A stretch of DNA of 63,650 nt, filler included, from Conidiobolus incongruus B7586 (lineage: Eukaryota), in NCBI GenBank assembly GCA_000697335.1. It is 8 parts of 8 records of this genome, joined end to end, with 100 filler letters (N's around TTAATTAATTAA, not from the genome) between each part and the next. Parts side by side here need not be neighbours in the genome. Positions count along the whole stretch, not along the records: positions 22,307 to 32,874 come from JNEM01006201.1; positions 32,975 to 49,819 come from JNEM01006202.1; 6 more parts are not named here. One strand, 5' to 3'. Both the position numbers and the translations under genes were made by a program. This document shows positions 27,091-40,686 of this stretch, one piece after another. The notes beneath the pieces are model-generated. The model had not been told where the DNA came from, ran no database searches, and was given only the letters and a program-made list of their open reading frames with translations. How positions within the stretch are numbered: the stretch's first letter is position 1; each line of letters begins with the position of its first letter.

Positions 27091-28212
27091 ATGCAAGGCC
27101 CTATAAATTTCATGGGAGACGAGTCTGAACTCACCTCGTATTCTGTTTCCACCCACCTCATCAGAGATAATTGGAATCTTTCCAGTTGGAACTCTGCTGA
27201 CCTCTCGAATATGCTTTCATCCCCTTCCTTTCTTCTACCCTCCCCCTCCCATCCGCTAAGATCGAAGCGTCCTCTCGCTTCTGATTATGAGCATGGTGGT
27301 CTTCCTGAAGTCAATCCTCCCCTTGAGCTTCCGTCCCAGGTCGAGTCATCCTGCAAGTATTGGGAAGATCCATTCTTTTCCGATCCTTTCGATGACTCCT
27401 CTCATTGGACACCTCCATTTCCATTACCTCTCGATCCCCTAGCTACTGACCCTCCTTCTCCTTGCACTGAGTCCGTCATCCAGACTCCCAAATTGTGCTC
27501 GGTTGAAACTTCCCCTCCTCATTCTCCCAGTCTACCCCCTTCCACCCCTCCTTCACTTGCTATGAGCTGTGTTGACGAGTCTCTCGACTCACCCAGTCAC
27601 CTTTGTGAATATAATGTTCCACTTCATAAAGTTAAACCATCCAATCCTGCTAACTCTCTATTTTGCCAACTCACTCAAACTGGAGTTGACTGGTGTCGTT
27701 ACTGTGGTACGACGGAGACAGTGAGTTGGCGACCTGGTCCATGGGGCAAGCGCACACTCTGTAACAAGCATGGCTGCGACTACAAGGGTTATGGTATGAC
27801 CCGCCGTCAGCCCCGCTTGGATCTCTCGAATTTTCTCACTGAGACGATCCACCATCGATTAAACCCAGTATTCCAAGAGTTTTGTATTGTTTGTCAAGAA
27901 CCTGAACTCGATTCGGAAAACGATCCATTACTCAAATGCTCTTCATGTCCCCAAGCGTACCATATGCGCTGCTGTCCCCAAGAAATCTTGGCACTCAATT
28001 GTAACGATCTTGATGACCACAATTCGGGTTACTGGTTTTGTTCCTCAGAATGCCCTAATAACCTCGAAACACGCAAAGTGGTATTTAAATTGGATGGGAA
28101 AAATTTACCTCTCAAAATCCCACTTGAAGCGGTACCCAAGACTGAGAGCTCCCCACCTCCTCCTCCCAAGAGAAGAATGTTAGACCGACGTGCTCGCAAA
28201 ACATCCCATTAG
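27091..28212 (+). CDS. GATA-type zinc finger (variant C-x2-C-x18-C-x2-H) plus PHD finger transcriptional regulator
   Basis: CRYCGTTETVSWRPGPWGKRTLCNKH; PHD finger CIVC..LLKCSSCPQAYHMRC..WFCSSEC; Pro/Ser-rich N-terminus; C-terminal PKRR NLS-like motif. Confidence 0.88.
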   Translation: MQGPINFMGDESELTSYSVSTHLIRDNWNLSSWNSADLSNMLSSPSFLLPSPSHPLRSKRPLASDYEHGGLPEVNPPLELPSQVESSCKYWEDPFFSDPFDDSSHWTPPFPLPLDPLATDPPSPCTESVIQTPKLCSVETSPPHSPSLPPSTPPSLAMSCVDESLDSPSHLCEYNVPLHKVKPSNPANSLFCQLTQTGVDWCRYCGTTETVSWRPGPWGKRTLCNKHGCDYKGYGMTRRQPRLDLSNFLTETIHHRLNPVFQEFCIVCQEPELDSENDPLLKCSSCPQAYHMRCCPQEILALNCNDLDDHNSGYWFCSSECPNNLETRKVVFKLDGKNLPLKIPLEAVPKTESSPPPPPKRRMLDRRARKTSH

Positions 28213-29235
28213 ACTAGCTAAACATTTTCTAGTATTGTAGTGTAATTTAAAATATTTGGTAATTTCCGAGTCTTCACCCTCAATCATTTGGATTAAATGG
28301 GTCTTCCTCGCACGGAGAATCCATTTTACTCAAATTAATGTATTATTGTAAATTATTCATAAATGAAATCCACTTCATTATTATCATTTCAAAAATCATA
28401 TTTCATATTTTATTGTTATTGTGCCATATAAACATTATAAAATTTAGTATATTTGTATTGATATAATAAAACGAAAATAATACCAAATAGTTAAATTAAT
28501 TTACCAAAAACTTGTAATTCATTACAATTACATGGGTAAAAAGGTTTGAAAAATTAACACTTTAGGATTACCAATATTTACATTTTAACCCTCCAATTTT
28601 TCCATTAAATGGAGAACTCATGTCAAATTTGGCGCCCAACTTTAATTGATTACATCAGTCAATGTTAATTCAATTGAAACTCCTAGTAATTCTACACTCT
28701 TTTGATCTCCTTAATTAATTCAACAATATTTATGGTTGAATATTGTTTATTCAAATTAATATTATTGAAATTGAGAATAGTTTTCTTTAATATTAAGAAA
28801 TCACCTATTATTATTTTGATCAATGTATTGATATTATTGAATGAATATATAAAGGTCAAATAGATATATTTATTAATTGATAAATTGAGGAAAACAGTCT
28901 AAAGTTAAATTTAATTAAAAAAGAGGTTCAAAATTATTTTAAACAAAAATAAAACAAATAATGCCCAACTCATATTGAATCAGTTTAATTATCTAATAAT
29001 AAATATAGTATTATATTTAATATATATAACATTGAATATTATTATGACTTCAAGATTTTTTTTATTATCATATAGTACAATGCGCAATTTATATTTTTGG
29101 AGAAAATTTTAACTATTAAATTATTTAAATTCCTTTATTAAGTTATTAATTATAATAATATTAAATTTTATATATACTGAAAATATGAAATAAAAAATTT
29201 ACTTTGGACATTTATCAAATTATATTTAATATTGC

Positions 29236-29274
<39 letters not shown>

Positions 29275-29918
29275 AATTTTTAAAATAATAAAGTTAAAAT
29301 AAAAATTTAATATTTTCTCATTTCCATATTATCTCTAAAAATTAAAATAGATTCTTCTAATAGAATTCAATTTTATTATTATACAAATAATAAGAATATT
29401 AAATCAATAATTTTAAATTATATTTCTAATATATATAATATACTCTGTAAAGATAGAATAAAAATTTTTATATTTAATTATTAATTATAGAATTAGTATT
29501 AAAATTAAATATAGTGAATTTATATGTAATAAAGTTAATTGAATATCAATTTAATTTTAATTTTTAAATAATTTTATATTAAATATTAAAAAATTTAATT
29601 TAAAAATTAAATTTGAGTAGAATATATATTTATTAGCTATGATTAATATATTGATCTTTGATATTAATTTTGATTTGATTCAATATTCTTATAAAATTAT
29701 TTAGTAATTGTATAGCTTGGTTTATAAGTCTCCAACTAAGATTGCAATTAAATTCAAGTCCTAATTTAATAAATAAATTTTAATTATATTCTACTCAAAA
29801 TTATTATAATAATTAAGATAAATCTTTAAATATTTCTTTATTTGTTTTTCTTTTTATTATTTTTCAAATTAAATTTAACTACAGAAATTAAAAAAAATAT
29901 TATATTATTTCAATTTGA

Positions 29919-29954
<36 letters not shown>

Positions 29955-30363
29955 CTAAAGTTTGAAAGTTTTATATTAATTTTATTTTTATTTTAAAAAA
30001 GAAATTTAAGTTATATAAAATTAAGTTTAACATCATCAAATAAAAATAATTTTAAATGTATATAATTGAATAATTCAAAAATAATATATTACTAAAAAAA
30101 TTTAATAATAATATATAATTGTTAAATTAATAATATTTTTTGTTTTAATTTTTCTCATATAATAACTAATTCTAATAAACAATTATGATTGAGAAATTAC
30201 ATATCAAATCACATGTAAAAATAATATCTGTAATAAATTGCCCTATTTTATTGGATTAAAAATGTATATTATGTATGAATACGGTATAAAATATGTGAAA
30301 AATAATCCACTGTTTGAAAATAGTGCTAATAATTTATTCAATGTTTTAAGGTATGTAAAAGGA

Positions 30364-32785
30364 TTAGAAGGCGATGAGCAATTCTTCAGGCTCTTGCTTG
30401 GCTAAAGTCTGTTGGGCTGATGGTGGAATTGAAGTAGATTCCGACGTGGAAGCTTGGTAATCGCCAGAGGTTTGATGATCTGTAAGTGACATAACGGTGT
30501 CAACTTCGGGACGATCTGATTGGATGAAGGTTTCTGGTAGCTTGTGATATACGGATGCAAGGGATGATAACTCCTTCATCAAACGATCAATAACATGGTT
30601 GTCAAGTTTAGGTAAATTGGATGCGAGGATGGGCTTTTGGGATAATACAATTTTCTAAAAATATAGTCAGTTAAATAGTAATTAGAGTGAAGCTGCATAG
30701 TGAAAAAAATACCTGAGTAGCTTGTGAATCAGTAGATAATAATCTCCAGTAAATGTAAGCTCTGTCCCTGACATCAGGGTTCTCACCTTCGGTAGCAATT
30801 TTGAGATTTTTGAGGACGAGATCTTGAGCTTCGGATGGCTTCGTTAAGAATAATTTTACAGTGGAGGTGAGTAGCATTAATTGAACGTTGGTAGGCTCCT
30901 CCGTGAAGTTCTCTAAAAAGGAGGCCATGATATCAACAGAGTTGTTGATTTTGGCGCTATATTCACCCAAGATCCAAATGAGTGATACCTTGGCTTCTGG
31001 ACTGTTAATTGCTTCCAAATGATCGCAAAGGATTGGGATCACTCCTTCGTGTTGGTTAGGGTATTGACGGAAGATGTCCTAAATTTATATATTAATATGC
31101 CAAGAATGTATTATAAATTGGAGAATTATTACCTTCATAACAACGACAACTTCTTGGACAACGAAATCTACTTTATTTTGGATGAGTTCAACCAATGCTT
31201 GGACAGCTTTGGGGGTGACATCAGGAACTTGTAATGCCAGCTGACCAATGCAACGAATTGATTTTTTGACAAAATCAATATCAACTTCATTAGAGTATCT
31301 AAATTAAATAGTCAATATCCAATATAAATTAAATATATATATATATATATAATGGATCATACTCTTTCAATTCCAATAAAACTTGGTCACAATTGTGTTC
31401 ATTGGTCAATCTGATGATAACATCCAATTTCTCCAATTTGACATATAAAGGATCGTTATATTTACAGAAGAACATTCTGATATCTCGATTTAACAAATCG
31501 GGATACTTTTGTAAGATTAATTGTAAATTTTTCAATAATACATATTGAACTTCAGGTGATTCTGATAATAAAGTAACTAAAATAATAAAATAAATGATTT
31601 GTAATGATAATGAGAAAAATGTTAAATTTACTCAAGGCAGGAGGGATTTTGTTAAATACTTTAGTTCTCAATTCTTCGTTTTGGATCATTGGTAAGTTAA
31701 TGAATAATAACTGGAAATCAATAATAAATGAATGAGATGATCATTGATAATTCATGGATTTAACTTACTCTAATAGCCATTAATACAACACTAGCATTGG
31801 CATGTGATAACCTAGGTAAAATTCTTTCACAGATGCCTTCAGCTTCACGAGGTTCTTGTGCTTCGTATTCGGATAAACATTCCATAATCTGGATTTGTCC
31901 CCATCTATTCGATGTTAAATAGTTTATTAATCAATGTGAATAAAATGTACTTACTCAGTACATTCGTTCATTGCTCTCAATAATTTAGTCATAATAGGGA
32001 AAGTGATAACTAATGCCTTATTATTAGGAGATAATTCATTAATCTCCATAAGAGCAGCAACAGCATTAGATACTACCTAAAGTTTGTGAATAAAATTATA
32101 AATAAATCAAAAATAATAAATTTACCACTGGGTTACTATCACTTAATAATTCCAATAAAGCCAAAATAAACCCATTTTCAATACAGAGCTCAGGATTAAT
32201 ATCAAATAATTTAGCAACAGCGATGGCAGCAGTCTTACGAACATAAGGGTCGTCATCCTTTAAAGCTTTACGCAAAGGGTCGCATAAGTAATCCGTGATC
32301 TTATCAACTCTAATACATCCCATAGTTCTAATAGCGAGAGCTCGAATAAGAGGATTATTATCTTCAGTATCCTAAAAAACCCACTGATTTAAATTCAGTT
32401 CATTCATCAAACAAATCAAATAATACTTTAACAAATGTATTAACAGCTAAAATAACTAATTCTGGCTGAGATTTAGCATAATTAATTAAATAAAGATAAA
32501 TCAACTTTTTCATTTCAATATCTTCAGTTTGCATATTTTTCACTACGTGGGGAAATAAACTACTAACATCTTTACCAATAGTCATATTAGCAATAACTCT
32601 TTTAACACCTTCTTTACGTTCCCAAGCGTACTGACTATTTAATTCGTTGCGAAGTTCGTGAGCTTCACCTAATTGATATTAGATTTAGTTAAAGTTGAAT
32701 ATTTTAAAATAATACCTTTTTTAACATTATTAAATAATTTATTTTGAAATTTTAGTAAGTCATTTATAACACTATCCATTGTCAT
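30364..32785 (-). CDS. AP-1/AP-2 adaptor complex beta subunit (beta-adaptin), multi-exon, no appendage domain
   Basis: [60 protein letters not shown] and [18 protein letters not shown] at 32785; about eight short introns; ends EELLIAF*. Confidence 0.95.
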
Positions 32786-32829
32786 ATTCATATTTATATT
32801 AAAACTCATTTTGTTTTTAATTAATTTTT

Positions 32830-32835
<6 letters not shown>

Positions 32836-32870
<35 letters not shown>
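32836..32870. repeat. (TA)n microsatellite; others at about 8607-8632, 25421-25449, 25829-25860, 29238-29270, 29924-29951 and 63197-63221
   Basis: Dinucleotide runs read directly from the sequence. Confidence 0.9.
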
Positions 32871-32873
<3 letters not shown>

Positions 32874-32974
32874 TNNNNNNNNNNNNNNNNNNNNNNNNNN
32901 NNNNNNNNNNNNNNNNNNTTAATTAATTAANNNNNNNNNNNNNNNNNNNNNNNNNNNNNNNNNNNNNNNNNNNN

Positions 32975-35900
32975 TTGACAGTGGCGAAGTAGCACATAAT
33001 GTCCGTTAAGATGGTGCGACATACGCGATGGTCTAACCCGAAGTAATGCTTTGTGAGCTGATAATAAAAAGGCTCTAACTGTTGCCAACTCAATTCCAAT
33101 TTTCTCAAATTCTCCAAAATAATTGACAAGAGCTGAGCTTTAGTTTCGTAAGGAACAATACCTTCACCTTTCTCGAGACATGGAATCAACAAATCTAACA
33201 ATTTGTAACTCAAATCCTTATCTTCGACTTTGGGAGCGAATACTGATAAAATTTGAACACACTTTTGGAACAATTTATACTTGTTAAGAATGAGCAAATC
33301 CCAACGGTTAGCCATAACATGATGCAAATTATTTAGAAGGGTTGCGACATTGGGCAAAATACCGTACTCGACGGCCAAGTTACCCTCGAGTTCCGATATT
33401 TTGATGAGTTGGAAGTAGTCAGAGTGTTTGATACGTTTCTGAACATTGAAATCTTCTGAGGGTTCGTTAAATTTCAATAAAATTAACTGTTCGAGCCAGT
33501 CGAAAACGAAATGAATTACACTGGGTTGGACAGATTTCGCTGATAGAATGTTAATCATACTGGGAATTAATTCGGATCGATAAGTCCACAAGAATGGAGC
33601 GAATTCAACCCTTTGGGCCCAAATCATGAACAGATCCATGAGTGCTGAGGGTGATTGGGAATTCTCTTGTGAGAAGCTTTCCAATTTGGAGTCGATAATG
33701 CCGAAAATACCTTGGGGGATATAAGGTGCAAAGTCAAAATTGGCGCGCAATTGGAAGATTTTAACAAGACGTTTATAGCCCAAATTACGGATCTTTTTGT
33801 ATTGTTGAGCTTGAGAATGCTGTTGGATGTTGGTTAAATATTGGAAGTGGTTGGATGCGTAGTGGATGAGGTAGAAAAGAGGGACTAGTATTGATGATAA
33901 TAAGGTAATGTCAAACCACCAAGTTGTGTCAACAAATCTGGAAGGAGGTTAAGGAATGTAAAATGTCTGTAAATTGGCACAGATTTCATATCTTCCATTA
34001 ATTTGTCATCAAATTCAAATTCGTAATTCATTTGATCAGCATTATTTTTGGGATCCTTCAATAAGAAAGTATATTGGGTGGTATACAAATCGAACAAACT
34101 AGCCAATTCCTTATAATCCATACCAGACATGTACGATAGAATGGCGGCGCGTTTAGCTTGAGGATGCGATTGGGATCCCTTCTTAGTCTTCTTACTAATC
34201 AATGACCGTAAAGGATTCTGGTGATGAAAGGGAGCAGTTTGGCACGATGACTGTGTTCGATAGTGTTAGCATCGGGAGCCAAACTAAAGTTAATCATCAC
34301 ATCTCTGGTTTTCGAATCATCCAAAAGATCTTTCAGCTGATCGAAATAGGGATTCAAATAATTGTAGCTCAAAGGCTTGAAGCACGCAACAACTTTCTGT
34401 TGGATTTGGAGATCGGTGTGCAATAACAAAGTTTGATAAATATCCAAGATTTGGCCAAAATTACTCAAACTTTTGGGCGATGGTAACTTGGCATTTAAGT
34501 CCAAAAACTGGTACATGTGTTTCCACATAGGTCTAGAGCGAGTTTCGTCGGTTTCGGAGCTGGGAGCTTCTTCCTCTAGAATTTCTTCGTCATCGTCATC
34601 TTCATTATCGTTATCGTCTTGATTCGATTTGGATGATTCTTTCACTTTCAGCACCATATTTTCATCTCTCTCCAATTCTAGGTCATGGAACTTGTGGTAA
34701 AATGTCAAGAATGCATTGAACAACTCGGAAACACTCTCCTTACCAATAGCTTCAGAGGGCAATTTGATAATGCTATTGAGTAAACAGGTAAAAACCGACC
34801 AAGAATCGAAATCGTCAGTACGGAACTTGTTGGCTTGGAATACGATTTCATTGGCGTTTTCAATTTGTTTGACTACATTGGCATTGTCAGAAGTTGTAAG
34901 AGAACTCAAAAAGTTGAATAAAAAGTTTTGAGCTGGACTGTTGAAAAGATTTTCAATTGGGGTAGGTTGCATCAAATCGACAACACTCTTATACTTGATA
35001 TATTGCTGTTTCAAGTTGCCATCTTCGACAGATTTCAACAAATTGATGATCCATGTAAGTAATTCGGAACCGGAAGGTCCTTGAATTAATTGGGTGATAA
35101 ACTTAGTAGATTCGTTCCAAAGCGGTTGGAAATTGATGGTGAAGTGAGATACACACAATTTCAGTGCAAAGTGATGGAATTCGGTAGGAACAACGCCATT
35201 CAATTGCAATTGGACAACTCGCTTCAAAGTGTTAAGACGACTTTGATAGTTTGGAAGATCGTAAGCGGTAGACTCCATCGAATAGGCCAATTCGAAGGGA
35301 TTTTCATTATTCAAACGTCTCAATTCTTCTTCACCCACAGGGTATTGAGAGTACAGGAGGAAAGTATTGAATCTGAGTGTTTGGTCAAAGTGATACAAAT
35401 TATTTTCGGTAGCTTTGTAAATTGCGTGCAATTCATCATATGTTATCACCTTTTCAACTTGCTTAGATTGGGTAACACTGGTCATATATTTCATCAATTG
35501 AATTAATTCGATAAGTCCAGCGACAATTTGTTGACTTTGGTGATATTTTGGCAATACATTGTCAACAATATCCCTATAAAAATAGACTAAAGAATCCATA
35601 TTCACAGACTCCTTGGACATTCTCATGTAAAGTTTGGCATAAATTTGAATAATTTGACCCAACAAGAACTGAGCAATAGTAAATTCGTACTGATTTAATT
35701 CACTCTCTGATGCCAAATAAGTCTTTAAGCAATTAAAGTTATCAATTAAAAGGTCCAAAAATTCTTCCAAGTCTTTGATTACAATATGGGGTAGTGAAGT
35801 TAAGATGGAAGAGTAGATGCCAATTAAGCTAGATAATTGCAAGTTGTCATTATCTTCAACCATCAAATTACTACCTTGAAAATCGTAAGCAGCTTTGATA

Positions 35901-37855
35901 GCTGTTGAAAATTGTTTGGAATTTTTAAATTCAGTCAACAATTCTCTGAAATAGTCGATTGGTTGTTGGGTGAAAAATTGTATTCTACCAAACTCGTCTA
36001 AGTAGGAAACTACTTGGCTCTTGCTGTTACCACGAATTAAGTCGGACGAAATCAAGTGGTGGATGAGTAAAGTGAATTCAATAGGAGCAGATTGCCAGTT
36101 GGAACTCATAAATTTCATTAAACTGTTGAGACCGAGCGTTCTCAATGGAGAAAATTTGATATAAGTTAAAGTTCTGAAGTATGTGATGATGGTGTTGGCA
36201 TTTTCTGTGTGAATAATGATGTCAAGGATGCTGCGACCTTTGGTATATAAGCTGGAAGGATCGGATTTGCTCATGATTTGAATCAAATATGAGAAAAGTT
36301 CAAGTTGAAGGGCTGGTGATAATTTGGGATCAGCTTTAGGTTGGAACAATCCTTTAGTAATAGCTTGTACGCATTTATAATGAGTTGAAACATCTCCCAA
36401 TAAAAAACCTTGGCGATGAGATAAAAATTGGTTGCAAAGACCGAAAACCCATGTCAACCCATTCAAATCTTTGGACTCGAAGTGTGAAGCTAGCTGAACG
36501 TGTAATAATTCCCAAACGGGTTTGGCATTTTCTTGAGTATGGACATAGTATGCGAGTTTTTTGAGAAACTGAGCTAAGAGAGGGAACATGACTAGGTCAT
36601 TTGCTATAAAAATATTATTAATATATCTTGAAAAAAATTATGCATGATAGAAATTTACTGGATGTAAAATGATCAGGAATATGCTCCAATTTCAAACAGA
36701 TTTTAATTAACAAGTTGAAAATGTTAGGAAAACCTGATGAATGGAGACGATGATCCAAATTCTAAAATCAAGCATATTAATATCAACAATTAAGTATTAT
36801 ATAAAATATATTATACCTTGACAGATTCTAACAACAAAATGGCCAAGCCATTGGTCAAACCTTCATAATCGTGGAACTGATCCTCAGTAACTCTCTTATG
36901 GTAATATTTCAAAATATACGAAAGAATCTTTTCCAATTGGGAAGCTTTGGCCTTTCTAATGAGGAAACCTATACTTTGGGAGCAGAATTCCTGTAAAAAT
37001 TGCTGAGTTCCTGATAAATCTAGGAGTGGAGTAACCAGTCTAATTCAATTGTTAATAAATAACCTCTGTTTATGATTAATATAAATAATTACTGGAATGT
37101 ATTAATCAAATTTTGAGATAGTATAGAGCTCAAATATTTAATTAAATATGATAAACTGTAAAATGTCCACTAAATTTAAATGATTAACCCAAAAATTAAT
37201 AAAATTATCAATTGAATTGAATTAAATTAAATTTACCTCTATAATTTTATGATTTTGTTGATTACTTAATAAAGGTAATAATTTATTGACAATCTGACTG
37301 AAATAAGGATATAATTCATCTCTGAGATCTCGAGCCAAACATGGAATTAAACTATTTTAACAAATCAGCAATCAATATTCTTAATATATGCTTCGATCAA
37401 ACTACCTTAGGAAAGGTTCTAAGCTAATTTCAAATTCAATATCTACATTTTCCAATAAAGAATTCACAATTTCATCCTTGTGAAAGATTAGTTGTGGCAA
37501 TGATTTTGTAATATTATCGACTTTTTCATAAAAATCAGTAAATTTAGTGGTTTGATTGGATATTATCCACTCCTCCAACTGATCGCGAAAGTGAGAACCC
37601 GATTTCTAAAATTTTATAATTAGTATTGAATATTGAATGATTTGGGGATTAAATATTACTTCGATGTCGTTGGGCTTTCTATCAATATTATGTACTACAT
37701 CAAATTTTAACCCTTTTATTAACTCTTTGTAACTTTGAAACTAAAATCAATAGAATTAGTATATAGATTTTTTAAAGTTATAAGATATAAATCACTTTGA
37801 AAGTATTCTTTCCAGAGCCTTTATTAAGTTCTTTGGTAGGTATATTATCTTTCAT
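32975..37855 (-). CDS. UTP20: UTP20 (SSU processome HEAT-repeat protein), 5' part; truncated by the gap, with two apparent 1-nt frameshifts
   Basis: N-terminal exons read SHFRDQLEEW..NQTTKFTDFYEKV..ITKSLPQLIFHKDEIV and LARDLRDELYPYF. Downstream HRAKLLPFITRILYG and KRAAILSY match the DRIM region. ATG at 37855. Confidence 0.88.
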
Positions 37856-39367
37856 TATTTGATTTTATATGATAATTTCTTATATTCTTTATGATTTCCA
37901 GATCAAAAAATATTATTTATGTTTCTGTTTAATATGTAAATTTTTTGGTCTAGTTATAAATATTATAAATATATATTAATTATTATGGTGCTAAATAATT
38001 TCTATAAATGAAAAATATCTATGATAAAGGATTGGAAAGTTGGATAAATCATTGAATTTTTATGAAAATTTGGAATTTATTGTTTCCCTGAATGAATTTT
38101 AGTACTTTAATTTTTATGGGATTATAATTCAAATTTTTTTTTAATTTTTGTATGGTTATAATTGAGAATTTATTTTGATTAGTAATTTGAAAATTGAAAA
38201 TTTTTCAAAATTATAATTTATAAATCAACAAATTGATATTATATTTAGCGATAACCCTTTTATTCTAGTTATTGCTTTGAGAAGCAGTTTTTTACTATTA
38301 TAGTCTATGAAATTTTTAATTATATAATGATATAAGTTTATGGAACAACGTGAATTTTTTAACTAAATAATAATTTCAATAATGAAAAAATGATATCGTA
38401 GTTCATAAGAATAACATGGTGTCTAATTATTATATCGATTTCACAATTGATTATAGATACTAATATTTAACAAAAAAAATTTTCGGATTTTAAAATATAT
38501 TTTAATTTTATCTAGTCTTAATTATTGGTTAAAATAATAAATTTCTATATTTGAAATATTTGATTTCATATCTCAGACAAATTAATTAAATTGATATTGA
38601 AAGCCTTATATTAACTGTTTCATATTTTTATACTCTATTATTAACAAAACTGATAATATTATTTTAATATTTTAAAGTGCAAAAAAATTATTAATTCTAT
38701 CAAATTGATTGAATATATTAATATTATATTTCAGTAATATCAATATAATTTTTATTTACAATTAAATAAATAATACAAATATCTAAATTTAGTTTCTCAA
38801 TATACTGAATGAATATTATGTTATATAATAGGAGTTAAATATTAATATTATTTATTCTGATCAATATTTCAATATTATTAGTTTATTTAATAGTTATTAT
38901 CATGAAATTGTCACTAAATATTGTTTGTTATATAAATGATTTGGCTTAGTGTTGTGTTTTATATTAAGTTTTATAAATAAAGATGGTAGTTAGAAAAGTA
39001 CTTGTAATATGATTTAGTAAATTATTTATTAATGCTGCTCTTTAACGTATCGGGACTGTAGGTTTAAATAATTGAATCAATGAATGATATGGGATTTGGA
39101 TAAAATCTAACAAAGAAAATAAAGAGAACAAAGAGTATCCTTCAATTATAGACTGACAAAGCCAGCTTAAAATAGAATTAATATTGGTTTAGCTATCAAA
39201 CTGGAAGAGATGATTAATTTTGAAATACAACATTAGTTTAAAATATTATAGTTGTTTTTATTAAAATTTGAAAATAGTGTAAATATGATATTAATTTCAG
39301 TAGATTTTAGTTAAAAATAATTAATTAAAATTAATAATTTATATAATTTTATCATAATATTATGCAT

Positions 39368-39702
39368 TGTCATTTGTCAGATGACTCCTCTCCTACCTAA
39401 TCTACTTACTTCAACCTAACGTAAATATCATTCCTCCTTCGCATATTAGTTACTTTTGCTTTAGCTTTAATTGGCTGATGATGCAAGCCACAGAAAAATA
39501 TCATAAATTACCTTACCCAATTCACACTGTACAGAGCCCAGAATTTGAGCTATTCCCAAACAGACAAGTTTAATCTGAATTCTCCTAGCTATCTGGAATA
39601 AGCCATTAACTCCCTATCTCCCTAGCAGTTACGTGGAATTCTCTAGATCTCCCTCATATATTTATACTCATCCAAACACTGATTTTCCAAGTCGTTTTAA
39701 TA
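39368..39702 (+). mobile_element. LTR-like repeat, family 2 copy b (diverged, solo)
   Basis: Starts TGTCA and is colinear with 10125-10462; similar 3' end (TTCCAAGTCGTTTTAATA vs TCCCAAGACGTGTTAATA). No clear target-site duplication. Confidence 0.65.
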
Positions 39703-40686
39703 TAAAGATGAAATATGTTTTATTATAGTAAAAATTTATAAACTTTAAATTTTTATAAAATTTTATTTTAATAAAAAAATACTCATATTCAAAATAATTT
39801 TTAATTGATGAAAATTTCTATTTATCTTTTTTTTAATAAATATTTATTAATAAAAATTAAATCAATTTATAACTAAAAAGAATCTATTTTGAGAATTAAA
39901 TTTGTAATTTAAATGGTTCATAAAATATTTTTTCAAAGTTACACAAAGCTGATTAATTTTTTGATTTTAATCATACTATTAAAAATTTGATTAAGATCAT
40001 TTTTGAGATCAATCATATCTATAAATCATTCATTATTTGGATGCTATTAAGTTAAATTATTCAACTTTGAACAATATGGTAAGTAATTAAATTTTGTTTA
40101 AATTAGAATATCAAATTGGTCAACCTAATAAAAGCTATTGTTATTATTAATAGTATTGTAAATGATATAATAATATGAATGTCAATTTAATATATGGCAA
40201 ACTATGAAATAATCGGAATAATGATGAGAATGAATCTTGTTAAATTATTCCAGGGACTTTTTATTATATCTTTCACAAATAAAGTAGGGTACCTGGACTT
40301 GGTTATGTTGAGATATATGAATGATAATGAAATTAATTAGATTTTCATATTTTAAAACACTGATAGCATCAATGATGATATGACTTTTTATTAGTAAATA
40401 ACATATTATAAAATGCCGAATATATGGAATAAATTGGATATAGTACTTTTTGGTTGATTGTTAAATTTTTCAAATCCGCACGTCACTATTTAGTTGCAGT
40501 AACTCCAAAAACCTTTTGTTCAAGATCCGATATCATATAGTTAAACCTAAAATACTATTAAGAATATGCTCAGTTGAATTTTATCATAGTGTTGGTTGTA
40601 TACTATTGTGACCCTTGGAGTTTGGGTGGATATATAATGAGACATTGAATCAATTGGTTTTTGGATATCATTCTTTAACCAATACA

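Noticed and set aside
11180..32785. Apparent cluster of endocytosis/cytoskeleton genes (Ldb17-like, LIS1, EH protein, beta-adaptin)
   Set aside because: Interspersed with unrelated genes and split by a gap; no evidence beyond chance.
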